A program made the translations under genes and the position numbers. Under the pieces are notes generated by a model. The model had not been told where the DNA came from and did no database searches. It saw nothing but the letters and a program-made list of their open reading frames with translations. From contig CBDCCS010000010.1 of the NCBI GenBank assembly GCA_965214935.1, positions 64,001-128,000 of the forward strand: a stretch of 64,000 bases of DNA, read 5' to 3'. Source of the DNA: Candidatus Velthaea sp. GTDB taxonomy: Bacteria; Vulcanimicrobiota; Vulcanimicrobiia; Vulcanimicrobiales; Vulcanimicrobiaceae. Below, in pieces: positions 39,695 through 49,305 of the stretch (its first letter is position 1; each line of letters starts with the position of its first letter).

Positions 39695-40491
39695 ACCGCC
39701 GACCGTTGCCGCTGCCGCGCGTAAAAAACGGTTAGCGCGTAATTAAGCTGCTTGGCCCGTTCAACCGGCGCCCAGTGGCCGCACCCGGCAAGAACTTGGA
39801 ATTCGGCGCCTTTGATGGCGCTGGCCAGCGCTCGGCCGACGTCCGGCGGGGCCGTTCGATCTTCATCGCCGGTCACGAGCAGCGTCGGGCACGCGATCCG
39901 CGCGAGATCCGCGCTGTGCGCATCGGCGACAACCTCGCAATTGCGGGCATAGCCTTCGGGCGATTGCCCCATCACGCTTTCGCGTACGAACGCGGCGATC
40001 GCCGGTCCGTTGGACTTCGTATCTGCACTCGTACCGGCAGCGACGGTCGCATCGGCGATCGCGCGCAAACCTTCACTGCGAGCTTTTGCCGCGCGGTCGC
40101 GCAGCGCACTGCGCGCCGCCGGCGGCGGCTGAGGAAAGGCACCGACGAGCGCGAGACTTGCAACGAGCTCGGGAAAGCGAGCGGTAAAATGCTGGCAAAT
40201 AATCGTGCCGAGCGAGTGGCCGGCTAAGTGAACCGGGCCGCCGGCGGCGGCTTGCTTCACGATCTCGAACAGATCGTCAACATGAGTGGCAAGCGTAATT
40301 TCTTGCCGAACCGGATTGCGCCCGGAACCGGCAAGGTCGTAAGCCGTGACGCGCAGATCGCGGGCGAGTATCTGAGTTTGCGGATACCACGTATTCGTAC
40401 TGCCGCCGAGGCCGTGCACCATTACGAGAACATCGCCTTTGGTGCCGAAACTCTCGGTGAATAGTCCCGATGCAGTTGCCGCCTCAGCCAT
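39691..40491 (-). CDS. Alpha/beta hydrolase (PcaD-like)
   Basis: VHGLGG, GHSLG, GDED, GHW. Confidence 0.88.
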   Translation of the reverse strand: MAEAATASGLFTESFGTKGDVLVMVHGLGGSTNTWYPQTQILARDLRVTAYDLAGSGRNPVRQEITLATHVDDLFEIVKQAAAGGPVHLAGHSLGTIICQHFTARFPELVASLALVGAFPQPPPAARSALRDRAAKARSEGLRAIADATVAAGTSADTKSNGPAIAAFVRESVMGQSPEGYARNCEVVADAHSADLARIACPTLLVTGDEDRTAPPDVGRALASAIKGAEFQVLAGCGHWAPVERAKQLNYALTVFYARQRQRSAV

Positions 40492-40593
40492 CCTCGACGC
40501 TCCCTTAGTTAGTGCTAACACAGGGCGCCGAGATCCGCCGTCCCGCTACCGGCAGCCGCGGTTTGCGATGCTGCCGAAGTCTGCTCGTTCCGT

Positions 40594-40625
40594 TCGATTA
40601 TCGAGAACCGTCTGCCGGTTGTCAA
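40594..40625 (-). promoter_or_regulatory. Sigma70-type promoter of the hydrolase-otn operon with an overlapping palindrome
   Basis: Minus strand TTGACA-N17-GATAAT; TCGAT-t-ATCGA at 40594-40604 covers the -10. Confidence 0.55.
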
Positions 40626-40862
40626 TAACGCTCGAGCAATCTTTTTTCGCGCACGGTCATTCCTGCGCGGCGGTTGTACGCTCGTGCACTCTCCGGTTAA
40701 TCTTAGGGCGGCTGACCGCGCAGTAAATTACCGCATGTCGTTACACGCTGCGCGTTACTGATCCGTTCGGACGACGAGTGTGCAAAACGCTTTGCCGGCG
40801 CCGAACGATCGTTTAATTCGAGACGGTCGCCATGTACGGGCACGACGCACGAGCGCACGCGT

Positions 40863-43679
40863 TTATACCGGTGCCGGCTCGCGCAGAACGAAGCCGGGCG
40901 GAAGTGCTTCGCCGAAGCTGCCCGCGCGTTCGGCGCGCTGCATCGGCAGGTACTGCTTCAACGCGGCGAGCTTCGCCGGCGGCACGCCGGAATGCTCGAG
41001 CTTGTCGCTAATGCGGTTCCGCAGCGAGCGCGCAAGGTCGACGCTGCGATTGTCGACGATGCGCGCCGCTCGCAGAAACAGCGTCTGAAGTTCGCGCCGG
41101 CGCGGTCCATCCCAATCGAAGTTCGCGAGGCGCTCGAACGTGCGCGCAACGCAGTCCGCCGGAACGATTGCTTCCGGACCGGCGTACAGCGGCGAGCGAT
41201 TGAGTAAGTAGCCGAGCGCCGTGAGAAAATGTGCGTTATGTTTGCGCTCTCGTTCGAGCACTGCGGCCGCTTCGCTGAAGCGCTCGATCAGCTCCGTTTT
41301 TTGGGCTAGCCCGATGCGCTCGAGCGAGCCGGCCAGCAGCACGAGTTCAGGCGCCGCTCGGTTATCACGAAGCTGCGCGCGTTCGGGCTCCAGCACGCGT
41401 TCTTGACGTTCGGCGGACAATCCGCCGGCGACCCGACGCCAGAGGACGTAGCGCTGCACGGCGACACTTTGCGCGCTGAAAAAACCCGTGTCGTGCAGCG
41501 TCCAAAGCCGGTCGATTCGAGCGTCGTCCTGCGCAGCACCGAAGCCCGGCCGCAAAAAAAAGCCGGCCAGGATGAGCCACGCTTCCTCATGTTCGACCGA
41601 CCGCTCGCAGTCGGGCATGCATGCAGCTAAGGTCGCCCAAAGCGAGCGAACCAGGACGATATTCCATTCACTTTTCGGAAGCTGCACGATCGTTTCGATA
41701 CTCTTCAAGAGCCGCGTCGCGCGCAAGCGATCGCGGCTGTTGAGCGGTTGCCCGAATAGCTGCGTGATTCGCGCTTGCGCCGACTCGAGTGCTCGCAGTG
41801 CAACATTCGGACCCCGAACGGCCGCTGTGCCCCCGCCATCCGCTCGTCGAACGCCGTTCGCCGAACCATCGCCGGTTCGAAGATCGAAGGCCAGCGGCCA
41901 TCGTGCCGGATACTTCGGATCGGTACTTACGCACGCGATTTCCAGCCGGCCGAGTTCGCTCGATCGGGCCGTCAAACGAATGGGAATCGTCGCGTCGACG
42001 GCTTCGCCGCTCGACTGTCCGCGGGGCGCGGCGTCGGGCGGAATCGGCGCGTCGATCGACGTTTCGAGCGCGGGCAGCAACCGAAAGTCGCGCTCGTTCC
42101 AAGGCACGATGTCGCCCGCGCGATCCGTCGTACGGCGGACCGATGCATACGTCTCGAAGCGCACGAGCCGGTTGATCCGCACTTCCAACGCGAGTTCGTC
42201 GATTGCGAATGTTTGCTCGGTTTGCGCACCGTGCGGAAGAACGCAAATGAGCGAACGCGCCGTACCTGCGCTGCCGCCGCGGGCGCTCGCCGCGTGCGCT
42301 TCGAGAAAGATCGCCTGCGCCGTACCGGCCTCGATGCGTTGCTCTTGCGCGTGCACGAGCCGGCCGAAGCGTGCCGCACCGCGTGCGACCGCGATCTCTG
42401 GTTCGATATTTTGAAGCACGGTCGGTAAGGCGCCCGATTGCCACGCGCCGATCTGCTCGCTGATGCGTTGCGCGATGCGTGGCGAAGACAGTACGCCGCC
42501 GTTGAAAAGCACGCCATCGACGGCCGGGCGTTCGTGCAAGAAGTCGGCCAGATGTCGCGTGATTGCGGGGTCACGCGCGTACGGCAGACCGAACTCGCGC
42601 AGACCCCCGGCGGCACGAAGTGGATATTCGTCTGCGCCGCAAGCGGGGAAAAAACCGTCGAGCACCAGCGCTTCGATCTCCGCGCGAGTTAGCTGCGCGG
42701 ATCGCGTCGTCGCGATGAGGCTCGATCCGCGGCCGGGGATTGCGACGCTGAACGCTTCGCCGGGCGGACCGTCCGTCGACAAAGCGGCTTCTTTCATATC
42801 GCGGCAACGCCCGACGACGAAGCCCCACTGCCGGCTCGACAATGCCTCGGCGTCGGGCAATTGTGACTCGAGCCGGTGAGCCAATGCCAAGTCCATGTTA
42901 TCGCCGCCGAGCAAAATATGCTCGCTGACGGCGATCCGTTGCATTCGGCCGTCCGTGCGACTCGTGCCGGCAGCGCTGAACAAACTGAAATCCGACGTGC
43001 CGCCGCCGACATCGACGACGAGAATGCAGCGTGCCGGGGCTTCGTGCAATTCGAGCCAGCGATACAGCGCGGCCTGCGGTTCTTCGAGCAGCCGCACCGT
43101 GTTCGGATAGCCGGCGGCGCGCGCCGCTTGCAGCGTGAGATCTTGCGCGGCCGCGTCGAACGACGCGGGCACCGTAATGGTGATCGCTTGGCGGTCGAAC
43201 GTCGCATCGTCACCGTCCGCTGAAAACCGATCGTTCCAAGCTTCGCGCAGGTGGTGCAAAATAAGTGCGGAGGCGGCGACGGGCGATAGCTTATCGTCAC
43301 GCTCGACTTCGTCGGAACCCCAGGGTAAGAAGCGGGCCGAGCGATCGGCGCTATGCTGTGTCAACCACGACTTTGCCGAGTGGACGACGCGGCCCGGGAT
43401 GTCGGCTGCTTTGTCGCGCGCGAAACGCCCGACAACCCACCGTTCGTCGATCTGCAGCGCTGCATCAACACTTGACGTTTCGGCCGGTCCGGCGGCTTCG
43501 GGCAAAAACAAAAACGACGGCAGCGACGCCGCCTCTTCAATCGCGATGGCCGATGCTAATTGCGGAATGGCAAAGACCTGCGAAGCAACATCGCCGGTCA
43601 GCGGCACGAACGCGAGCACCGTATTCGTGGTGCCTAGATCGATGCCGATGCTGTAATGCGCGAGTGCCGGTATCGTCAA
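40863..43679 (-). CDS. Atypical Hsp70-family protein with C-terminal extension (DUF3731-like)
   Basis: GIDLGTTN, VPASFD, EEPQAA, DVGGGT, LLGGDNMD, FNGG. Confidence 0.88.
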   Translation of the reverse strand: MTIPALAHYSIGIDLGTTNTVLAFVPLTGDVASQVFAIPQLASAIAIEEAASLPSFLFLPEAAGPAETSSVDAALQIDERWVVGRFARDKAADIPGRVVHSAKSWLTQHSADRSARFLPWGSDEVERDDKLSPVAASALILHHLREAWNDRFSADGDDATFDRQAITITVPASFDAAAQDLTLQAARAAGYPNTVRLLEEPQAALYRWLELHEAPARCILVVDVGGGTSDFSLFSAAGTSRTDGRMQRIAVSEHILLGGDNMDLALAHRLESQLPDAEALSSRQWGFVVGRCRDMKEAALSTDGPPGEAFSVAIPGRGSSLIATTRSAQLTRAEIEALVLDGFFPACGADEYPLRAAGGLREFGLPYARDPAITRHLADFLHERPAVDGVLFNGGVLSSPRIAQRISEQIGAWQSGALPTVLQNIEPEIAVARGAARFGRLVHAQEQRIEAGTAQAIFLEAHAASARGGSAGTARSLICVLPHGAQTEQTFAIDELALEVRINRLVRFETYASVRRTTDRAGDIVPWNERDFRLLPALETSIDAPIPPDAAPRGQSSGEAVDATIPIRLTARSSELGRLEIACVSTDPKYPARWPLAFDLRTGDGSANGVRRADGGGTAAVRGPNVALRALESAQARITQLFGQPLNSRDRLRATRLLKSIETIVQLPKSEWNIVLVRSLWATLAACMPDCERSVEHEEAWLILAGFFLRPGFGAAQDDARIDRLWTLHDTGFFSAQSVAVQRYVLWRRVAGGLSAERQERVLEPERAQLRDNRAAPELVLLAGSLERIGLAQKTELIERFSEAAAVLERERKHNAHFLTALGYLLNRSPLYAGPEAIVPADCVARTFERLANFDWDGPRRRELQTLFLRAARIVDNRSVDLARSLRNRISDKLEHSGVPPAKLAALKQYLPMQRAERAGSFGEALPPGFVLREPAPV

Positions 43680-43733
43680 GAGTCGTCGGCCTTCATCAAA
43701 ATGATAAGGAACGGTTCGCTCGCGCGCCGGCTT

Positions 43734-45572
43734 TCACTCGGTGCGGACGGCGAATTCGACTTTCCAGCGCTGTTCGGAACTCACGTGTTGCATCCACAGT
43801 TCGAGCGTACCGAGTTCGGTCACCAGCGCGTTGAGCTGCACCGGCACGGCTTGGCCGTCGGGAAAACCGTCGGCGGCCGGCAATGCGACTTCGAGTTTGG
43901 ATGATTCGTCGAGTTCCCGTTCAGCGTTCGGTAAAATCTGACCCGGCGTGTCACCGCTGCGTGTCTCCGAGGAAAAGAAGCGAAAATCTGCGGCCCGGCC
44001 GGTCACTAAGCCGAACTCGCGCCCCGAGACGAGCGTTTGCGAGCCTTCTTCCATGCCTTGCGGAACGACGCACAAGGCCTTGACGCGCGGCGCGATGCCC
44101 GGCACGGCGGGCATCGACGATTCGAGTCCGATGTAATACGAACGCGCCGTACCGGCCTTGATCCGCACGCCCTTGCCGGCCGTACGATTGCGGCCGTACA
44201 AAGCGGCGCCTTTGGCAACCGCGAGATCGAGCTGTGCACCCTGCAACTCACGCACCGGTTCGCCCGCCGACCAGGCGAGCAAAACATCGCAGACGCGTTT
44301 GCGCAACGCACCGGCGTTGAAGACGCCCCCGTTGAACAGCACGGCTGTCGGTGCAAGATACGTCGGCGCGTCGGCGCGTGCTCCGGCGAGACGTGTCAGC
44401 GACTCACTTGCTTTGATATTTGCCAGGCTGCGTGTTAAAAAGCGTGCGAGATGCTTGCTGACGGCAGCATCGGACGCGTACGGCAGACCAAACTCGCGCA
44501 ATCCCGAGTTGCGGCCTTGGGCCGGCAGATCGCGTACGTCGCTGAGTGGAAAAAAACCATCGAGCACGATGCGCTCGAGTGTGGCCCGGGAAAGTTGTGT
44601 CGATACCGTTCGGGCGAACAGGCTCGATCCGCGCGACGGCACCGCGATCGGTACTTCAGCCAGCGTTGCGTCGTTGAACAGGCGAATCTTCGCATCGGCG
44701 GCCGCGTGGACGAGCGCAAGCAGTTGCCAATCATCGACGGACGTTCCAGCCGCTTCTAGTTGTTCGGCGAGCAGATAGGCAAGCGCGAGATCCATGTTGT
44801 CGCCGCCGAGCAAAATATGCTCGCCGACGCTGATGCGTTCGAGCGCCAGATCTCCGCCGTCTTCGCTCACCGCAATCAAGCTAAAGTCAGCCGTCCCGCC
44901 GCCGACATCGCAAACCAGAACGATGTCACCGGCAGCGACCTGCGATCGCCAGTCTTTTGCGGCTTGCGAAATCCAGGCGTAAAAAGCGGCCTGCGGCTCT
45001 TCAAGCAACGTTACGTTGCCGAGGCCGGCCGAGACCGCGGCTTGCGCCGTGAGGTCACGTGCAACTTCGTCGAACGAGGCCGGAACGGCTACCACGATGG
45101 TCCCATCCGCAAGATCGCGCGCGCGTCCTTGCATCCGCTCGGCGAAGAGAAAGCCGGCGCGTAAATGCTCGAGATAGCGGCTTGATGTTTCGAGTGCCGA
45201 GCGTTTATCCGGCACGTCGGAGTTCCACGGCAATGTCTTCCGCCGCGCATCGATGTGCGGATTCGATAGCCATGACTTCGCCGATGTAATGACCCGATCG
45301 GGTACGAGCGCGCCGTGATCGCGGGCGAAGAGTCCGGCGACCGCCGTATCATCGGCATCCGTCTGCCATGGCAGGCGCAACGCATTCGCTGGGAACTCGT
45401 CGGAGTGCGGAATGTAAAGCGCCGAGGGCAAGGTCGGGCGTTCGCCGATGTGGTTCGGACCGAGAATTTGCGTGATGCCGACGATCTCGGTGCGATCGTT
45501 CTCGAGGTCGGTTACCGCGATCGCGCTATTGGTCGTTCCGAGATCGATACCGAGGCTAAATGCTTTACTCAT
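43734..45572 (-). CDS. Atypical Hsp70-family protein
   Basis: Same ATPase motifs; paralogous to the downstream gene. Confidence 0.9.
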   Translation of the reverse strand: MSKAFSLGIDLGTTNSAIAVTDLENDRTEIVGITQILGPNHIGERPTLPSALYIPHSDEFPANALRLPWQTDADDTAVAGLFARDHGALVPDRVITSAKSWLSNPHIDARRKTLPWNSDVPDKRSALETSSRYLEHLRAGFLFAERMQGRARDLADGTIVVAVPASFDEVARDLTAQAAVSAGLGNVTLLEEPQAAFYAWISQAAKDWRSQVAAGDIVLVCDVGGGTADFSLIAVSEDGGDLALERISVGEHILLGGDNMDLALAYLLAEQLEAAGTSVDDWQLLALVHAAADAKIRLFNDATLAEVPIAVPSRGSSLFARTVSTQLSRATLERIVLDGFFPLSDVRDLPAQGRNSGLREFGLPYASDAAVSKHLARFLTRSLANIKASESLTRLAGARADAPTYLAPTAVLFNGGVFNAGALRKRVCDVLLAWSAGEPVRELQGAQLDLAVAKGAALYGRNRTAGKGVRIKAGTARSYYIGLESSMPAVPGIAPRVKALCVVPQGMEEGSQTLVSGREFGLVTGRAADFRFFSSETRSGDTPGQILPNAERELDESSKLEVALPAADGFPDGQAVPVQLNALVTELGTLELWMQHVSSEQRWKVEFAVRTE

Positions 45573-45582
45573 GCGGGCGCAC

Positions 45583-46185
45583 TTAGCGCAACTCTACCTC
45601 GGCGGGTGCGATCGTCGGCAATTGCCGTTCTGCTGTTAAAATGCGTGGGAGCGTCACCTCGCCGGCCTTCCATCCGCGATGCATCAGGGTGCCGGAAAAT
45701 GGGGCTTGTCCGCTGATTTTTCCGACGAACCGGTACTCGTCCGCTGCGTATCCCGCTGCGACGGTGACGCGCGAGCCTTCGTTCTCAGCGCGCACCGGCA
45801 CGATCTCAACGTACTCGTGCAAAACGCTTTTGCAGCCCTGATGAACGACCCGCGCGGCAGCGCCGACCTGTGCATCGGTATAGCCGCTGATGTCGTCTTG
45901 CAGAAAATCGACGAGCCGGCCTCGTTCTTGCAGAATCGCGAGGAAACCAATAAGCTCCGCCTCGCGCGCAACCGCGGGCGAGGCGAGCCGCTGCGTTACG
46001 GGTGCCGAGACGCTCGGCGCCGTGCGCTCCCGGCTCCAAGCAATGATGTCCAAGGCCAGCACGCTGAGTGCACCGATCAACGCGACGACCGACCAGCTTG
46101 AATGGGACCCGCCCGCCGCCGGTATCAGCGTCAGCGCAACAAGCACGACTGACGCGCCGGCGAGGGCGATCGTGATGACTCTCAT
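45583..46185 (-). CDS. DUF2760 family protein with two N-terminal TM helices
   Basis: LQERGRLVDFLQDDI..Y.DAQVGAAARVVHQGC..HRGW..APAEVEL. Confidence 0.85.
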   Translation of the reverse strand: MRVITIALAGASVVLVALTLIPAAGGSHSSWSVVALIGALSVLALDIIAWSRERTAPSVSAPVTQRLASPAVAREAELIGFLAILQERGRLVDFLQDDISGYTDAQVGAAARVVHQGCKSVLHEYVEIVPVRAENEGSRVTVAAGYAADEYRFVGKISGQAPFSGTLMHRGWKAGEVTLPRILTAERQLPTIAPAEVELR

Positions 46186-46360
46186 AAGCTCCCCGGCATT
46201 CGGTTTGCGCGCCGGTACAGGTGCGCCGAAATCGAACACAGGGACCGGACGTTCAGACAAGTTTGCCGTGCGGCCGGCGGCGACCCGCCCGGTCTCCGGC
46301 GCGCCGCGCAACCGCCGGCGCACCCTCCCGTTCTAAGCCGCAGATGGGAACACTAACGTC

Positions 46361-46882
46361 ATGAACACAACATCTCAACGCGCGATTCTGGCCGGCGGCT
46401 GTTTCTGGGGCGTGCAAGACTTGCTGCGCCGATATCCGGGCGTTCTTTCGACGCGTGTCGGCTATTCGGGCGGCGACGTTCCAAACGCCACGTACCGCAA
46501 GCACGGGACGCATGCCGAGTCGATCGAGATCGTGTTCGATCCGGCTAAGATCGGCTATCGCAGCCTGCTCGAGTACTTCTTTCAGATTCACGATCCGACG
46601 ACGCGCAACCGTCAAGGCAACGATCGTGGACTCAGCTATCGCTCCGCGATCTTTTACACCACGGACGAACAGCAGCGCATAGCGCACGATACGATTGCCG
46701 ACGTCGAGGCGTCGGGCTTGTGGCCGGGGCCCGTCGTCACCGAAGTTGCCCCGGCCGGCGACTTTTGGGAAGCGGAGCCCGAACACCAAGATTATCTCGA
46801 ACGCGTTCCCGGCGGCTATACCTGTCACTTCATCCGGCCCGGCTGGAAGTTACCGGTGCGAACGACGGCCGGTACCCCGTAG
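46361..46882 (+). CDS. msrA: Peptide methionine sulfoxide reductase A
   Basis: [30 protein letters not shown]. Confidence 0.95.
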   Translation: MNTTSQRAILAGGCFWGVQDLLRRYPGVLSTRVGYSGGDVPNATYRKHGTHAESIEIVFDPAKIGYRSLLEYFFQIHDPTTRNRQGNDRGLSYRSAIFYTTDEQQRIAHDTIADVEASGLWPGPVVTEVAPAGDFWEAEPEHQDYLERVPGGYTCHFIRPGWKLPVRTTAGTP

Positions 46883-46919
46883 AGCAGGTTGCGGCGCTGC
46901 GATGCCCGAGAATAGCGCG

Positions 46920-47402
46920 ATGCGGATCGTGCGAAACATCGCCGCGTTCGTGGCGATTGCAGGTCTCTATCTTTGGTTCATCGCCGCGCCGTCGCGCGAT
47001 GAAGTCATTGCCGCGTGTGCCTGCTCGGCAATCGTAGTCGCGTTCATGCAACGCGTCACACGCGCCGTCGAGCGAGTGCCGAGCGCGCCGCCGGCCGGGC
47101 TTGCCGCCATCTTCATGCGCGTACCGCTGGCGGTTTTTCGCGAGTCGTTCGATGTACTTGGTCCGACCTTGTGGCGAGCGCTCGTCGGACGCGAACGCAT
47201 ACGCGGACGGTGGATTGCGCTACGTTACGAACCGGATAACGCCGCCGACGGCTACGGGCGGCGCGCGCTTGTTATTTTCGGATCGGGGATTACGCCCAAC
47301 GCATTCCCGCTCGCGGTCGACGGCGAACTCGGCCGGCTGTATTTGCATCAGCTGGTCGCTCGGCGTGAAGCGGCGGCCGGTCACCCGCGGTATCCGATTT
47401 GA
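46920..47402 (+). CDS. MrpE/MnhE-like subunit
   Basis: Hydrophobic N-terminus, ITPNAF..LYLHQL; first gene of the Mrp-like operon. Confidence 0.65.
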   Translation: MRIVRNIAAFVAIAGLYLWFIAAPSRDEVIAACACSAIVVAFMQRVTRAVERVPSAPPAGLAAIFMRVPLAVFRESFDVLGPTLWRALVGRERIRGRWIALRYEPDNAADGYGRRALVIFGSGITPNAFPLAVDGELGRLYLHQLVARREAAAGHPRYPI

Positions 47403-47650
47403 GCGCCTGGACGATCGGGGCGCTCGCCGCAACGTTTGCGCTTGCACTTTGCGGGGTGGCGATCGTGCGCGGCGACGTCTCATCGCGGCTCGTCGCATTA
47501 CAGCTTGCGGGAACGATCGCCGCGGTCGACATGCTGCTTATCGCACAGAGTTTCGGCAATGCGAGCGTCATGGATGCAGCGCTCATGCTGGCGATTTTAT
47601 CGTACCCCGCCGGTTTGATTTACGCGCGCTTTTACGGGCGCTGGCTGTGA
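47399..47650 (+). CDS. MrpF/MnhF-like subunit
   Basis: SRLVALQ..DAALMLAILS..YARF. Confidence 0.8.
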   Translation: MSAWTIGALAATFALALCGVAIVRGDVSSRLVALQLAGTIAAVDMLLIAQSFGNASVMDAALMLAILSYPAGLIYARFYGRWL

Positions 47651-48186
47651 TCGTGACGGCGGCTACCGACGTGTCGATTGCCTTGGGTGCCGTCGTCCTG
47701 TTATTGTGCGCGCTCGGGTTGTTGGCGATGCGCGACGCCGCCGATCAGTTGCATTACGTCGGGCCGGCGACAACGATCGCGCCGGCGTTCGTCGCACTGG
47801 CGGTCATCATCGAGGACGGCTTCACCTCGCAGGCAGCGCTGAAAGCCGCGAGCGTTGCCGTTGCGATCGTTGTTACGAGTCCGATTGTTTCGTTCGCGAC
47901 CTTGCGCGCGATTCGCACGCGCGAAACCGGAGCGCCGGCGGCTGCCGACGAGGCAATCCTTCAGCAATGGCGCTACAGCTTGCGCTGTACGCGCTGGTCG
48001 TCGCCGGCGCCGCCGCCGTCGTCTTTACGCGCGAGCCGCGGCTGCAGATTTTTATCTATTCTTTCTTCGGCTTCGCGCTTTCGCTGCTGTTTCTCGCCGA
48101 TCAGGCGCCCGACGTCGCGCTTTCCGAAATTGCGGTCGGATCCGCGGCCGTACCGCTCGTCGTGCTCGTTACGCTTTCACGTATGA
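47647..48186 (+). CDS. MrpG/MnhG-like subunit (reads 220 nt into the next gene)
   Basis: LGLLAMRDAADQLHYVG..SPIVSFA; no stop until 48186. Confidence 0.7.
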   Translation: MIVTAATDVSIALGAVVLLLCALGLLAMRDAADQLHYVGPATTIAPAFVALAVIIEDGFTSQAALKAASVAVAIVVTSPIVSFATLRAIRTRETGAPAAADEAILQQWRYSLRCTRWSSPAPPPSSLRASRGCRFLSILSSASRFRCCFSPIRRPTSRFPKLRSDPRPYRSSCSLRFHV

Positions 48187-48200
48187 ACGAGCGTCGCTAA
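47967..48200 (+). CDS. DUF4040 / MbhD-like subunit
   Basis: QAPDVALSEIAVGS. Confidence 0.8.
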   Translation: MALQLALYALVVAGAAAVVFTREPRLQIFIYSFFGFALSLLFLADQAPDVALSEIAVGSAAVPLVVLVTLSRMNERR

Positions 48201-48958
48201 TGCGCGCCGCCGGCCGCATTGTACCGGTGTTCCTCGTCGTTGCATTGGCGGCCGTGCTCGGCTCTGCCGTCCTGCGGCTGCCGTCGTTTGGTGAATCGCG
48301 CGGGTCTTACGAGCAGCGACGCGCGGTGCAAGCCGTGCAGTCCCGTCATGCAACGAATCTCGACGCCTTCGTCAATTTCGATCTGCGCGGTTTCGATACG
48401 CTCGGCGAGGAGTTTATCTTTCTCGTTGCCATCGCCGGGTTTTCGTTGCTGCTGCGCGAACGGCGCGGCGAGATTCAAGCGCAGGCGCGTGCCGCTGCCG
48501 ACGAACGCCGGCCACACGATCGGGAGCCGGTCGTGCGTATCGCAAGTTTGCTCTTCATTCCAGTTGCACTCATCTTCGGGTTGTACATCGTGATTCACGG
48601 GCAGCTTACGCCGGGCGGCGGTTTTCAGGGCGGTGTCGTCTTGGCAACCGCCGCACTCGGCGTATTCCTTGCAACCGGTTACGACGGCTACGAGCGTGTG
48701 TTTCCCAAATCGCCCGTCGAGGCGTATGAAACAATCGGCGGAATCGGGTATGTCGCGTTCGGTTTCGCGGGTCTGCTCGTCGCGGGCTCGTACATGCGTA
48801 ATATTCTACCGCTGAGCGTAACCGGTGCGCTTGTTTCGGGCGGCACGATCGATGCCCTCAACGGTGTGGTGGGCATTGCAATCTCGGGCGGCTTTATCGT
48901 TCTGTTCTCCGAGTTCATCAAAGAGACGCGCGCCGCCGGGCAAGACGATACATCGTGA
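48200..48958 (+). CDS. MrpB/MnhB-like subunit
   Basis: FDLRGFDTLGEE, HGQLTPGGGFQGG. Confidence 0.88.
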   Translation: MRAAGRIVPVFLVVALAAVLGSAVLRLPSFGESRGSYEQRRAVQAVQSRHATNLDAFVNFDLRGFDTLGEEFIFLVAIAGFSLLLRERRGEIQAQARAAADERRPHDREPVVRIASLLFIPVALIFGLYIVIHGQLTPGGGFQGGVVLATAALGVFLATGYDGYERVFPKSPVEAYETIGGIGYVAFGFAGLLVAGSYMRNILPLSVTGALVSGGTIDALNGVVGIAISGGFIVLFSEFIKETRAAGQDDTS

Positions 48959-49305
48959 CGGCACTGCCGTATCTCGCTGCTGTGGCGGTATTTGCCCTCG
49001 GGCTTTACGGCACGATGACCAGCCGGCACGTCGTGCATCAAATTCTCTGCATCTCGGTGGCGCAATCGGCGACGTACATCTTGGTGCTGGCCATCGGGTT
49101 TCGGCATGGTGCCGGGCCACCGATCTTTCTCTCGGCTCCGCCCAGTAAAGCGACCGGTGTCGATCCGATCGCGCAAGCCTTGGCGCTTACCGACGTTGTG
49201 GTGAGTGCCGCTACGACGGCGCTGTTGCTGGCGATTGCGTTGCGCGTCCATGAAAGCGGCGGCACCGTCGAACCGGCACAGCAGCGAGCCGATCAACGGG
49301 CGTGA
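48955..49305 (+). CDS. MrpC/MnhC-like subunit
   Basis: VDPIAQALALTDVVV. Confidence 0.88.
   Translation: MTALPYLAAVAVFALGLYGTMTSRHVVHQILCISVAQSATYILVLAIGFRHGAGPPIFLSAPPSKATGVDPIAQALALTDVVVSAATTALLLAIALRVHESGGTVEPAQQRADQRA

Noticed and set aside
40492..40860. Cobalamin riboswitch suggested by DUF1636
   Set aside because: No B12-box-like sequence was recognised; only a sigma70-like promoter and a palindrome.
41488..45716. Many long overlapping ORFs within the Hsp70 genes
   Set aside because: They are Arg/Ser/Ala-rich shadow frames typical of high-GC coding DNA.
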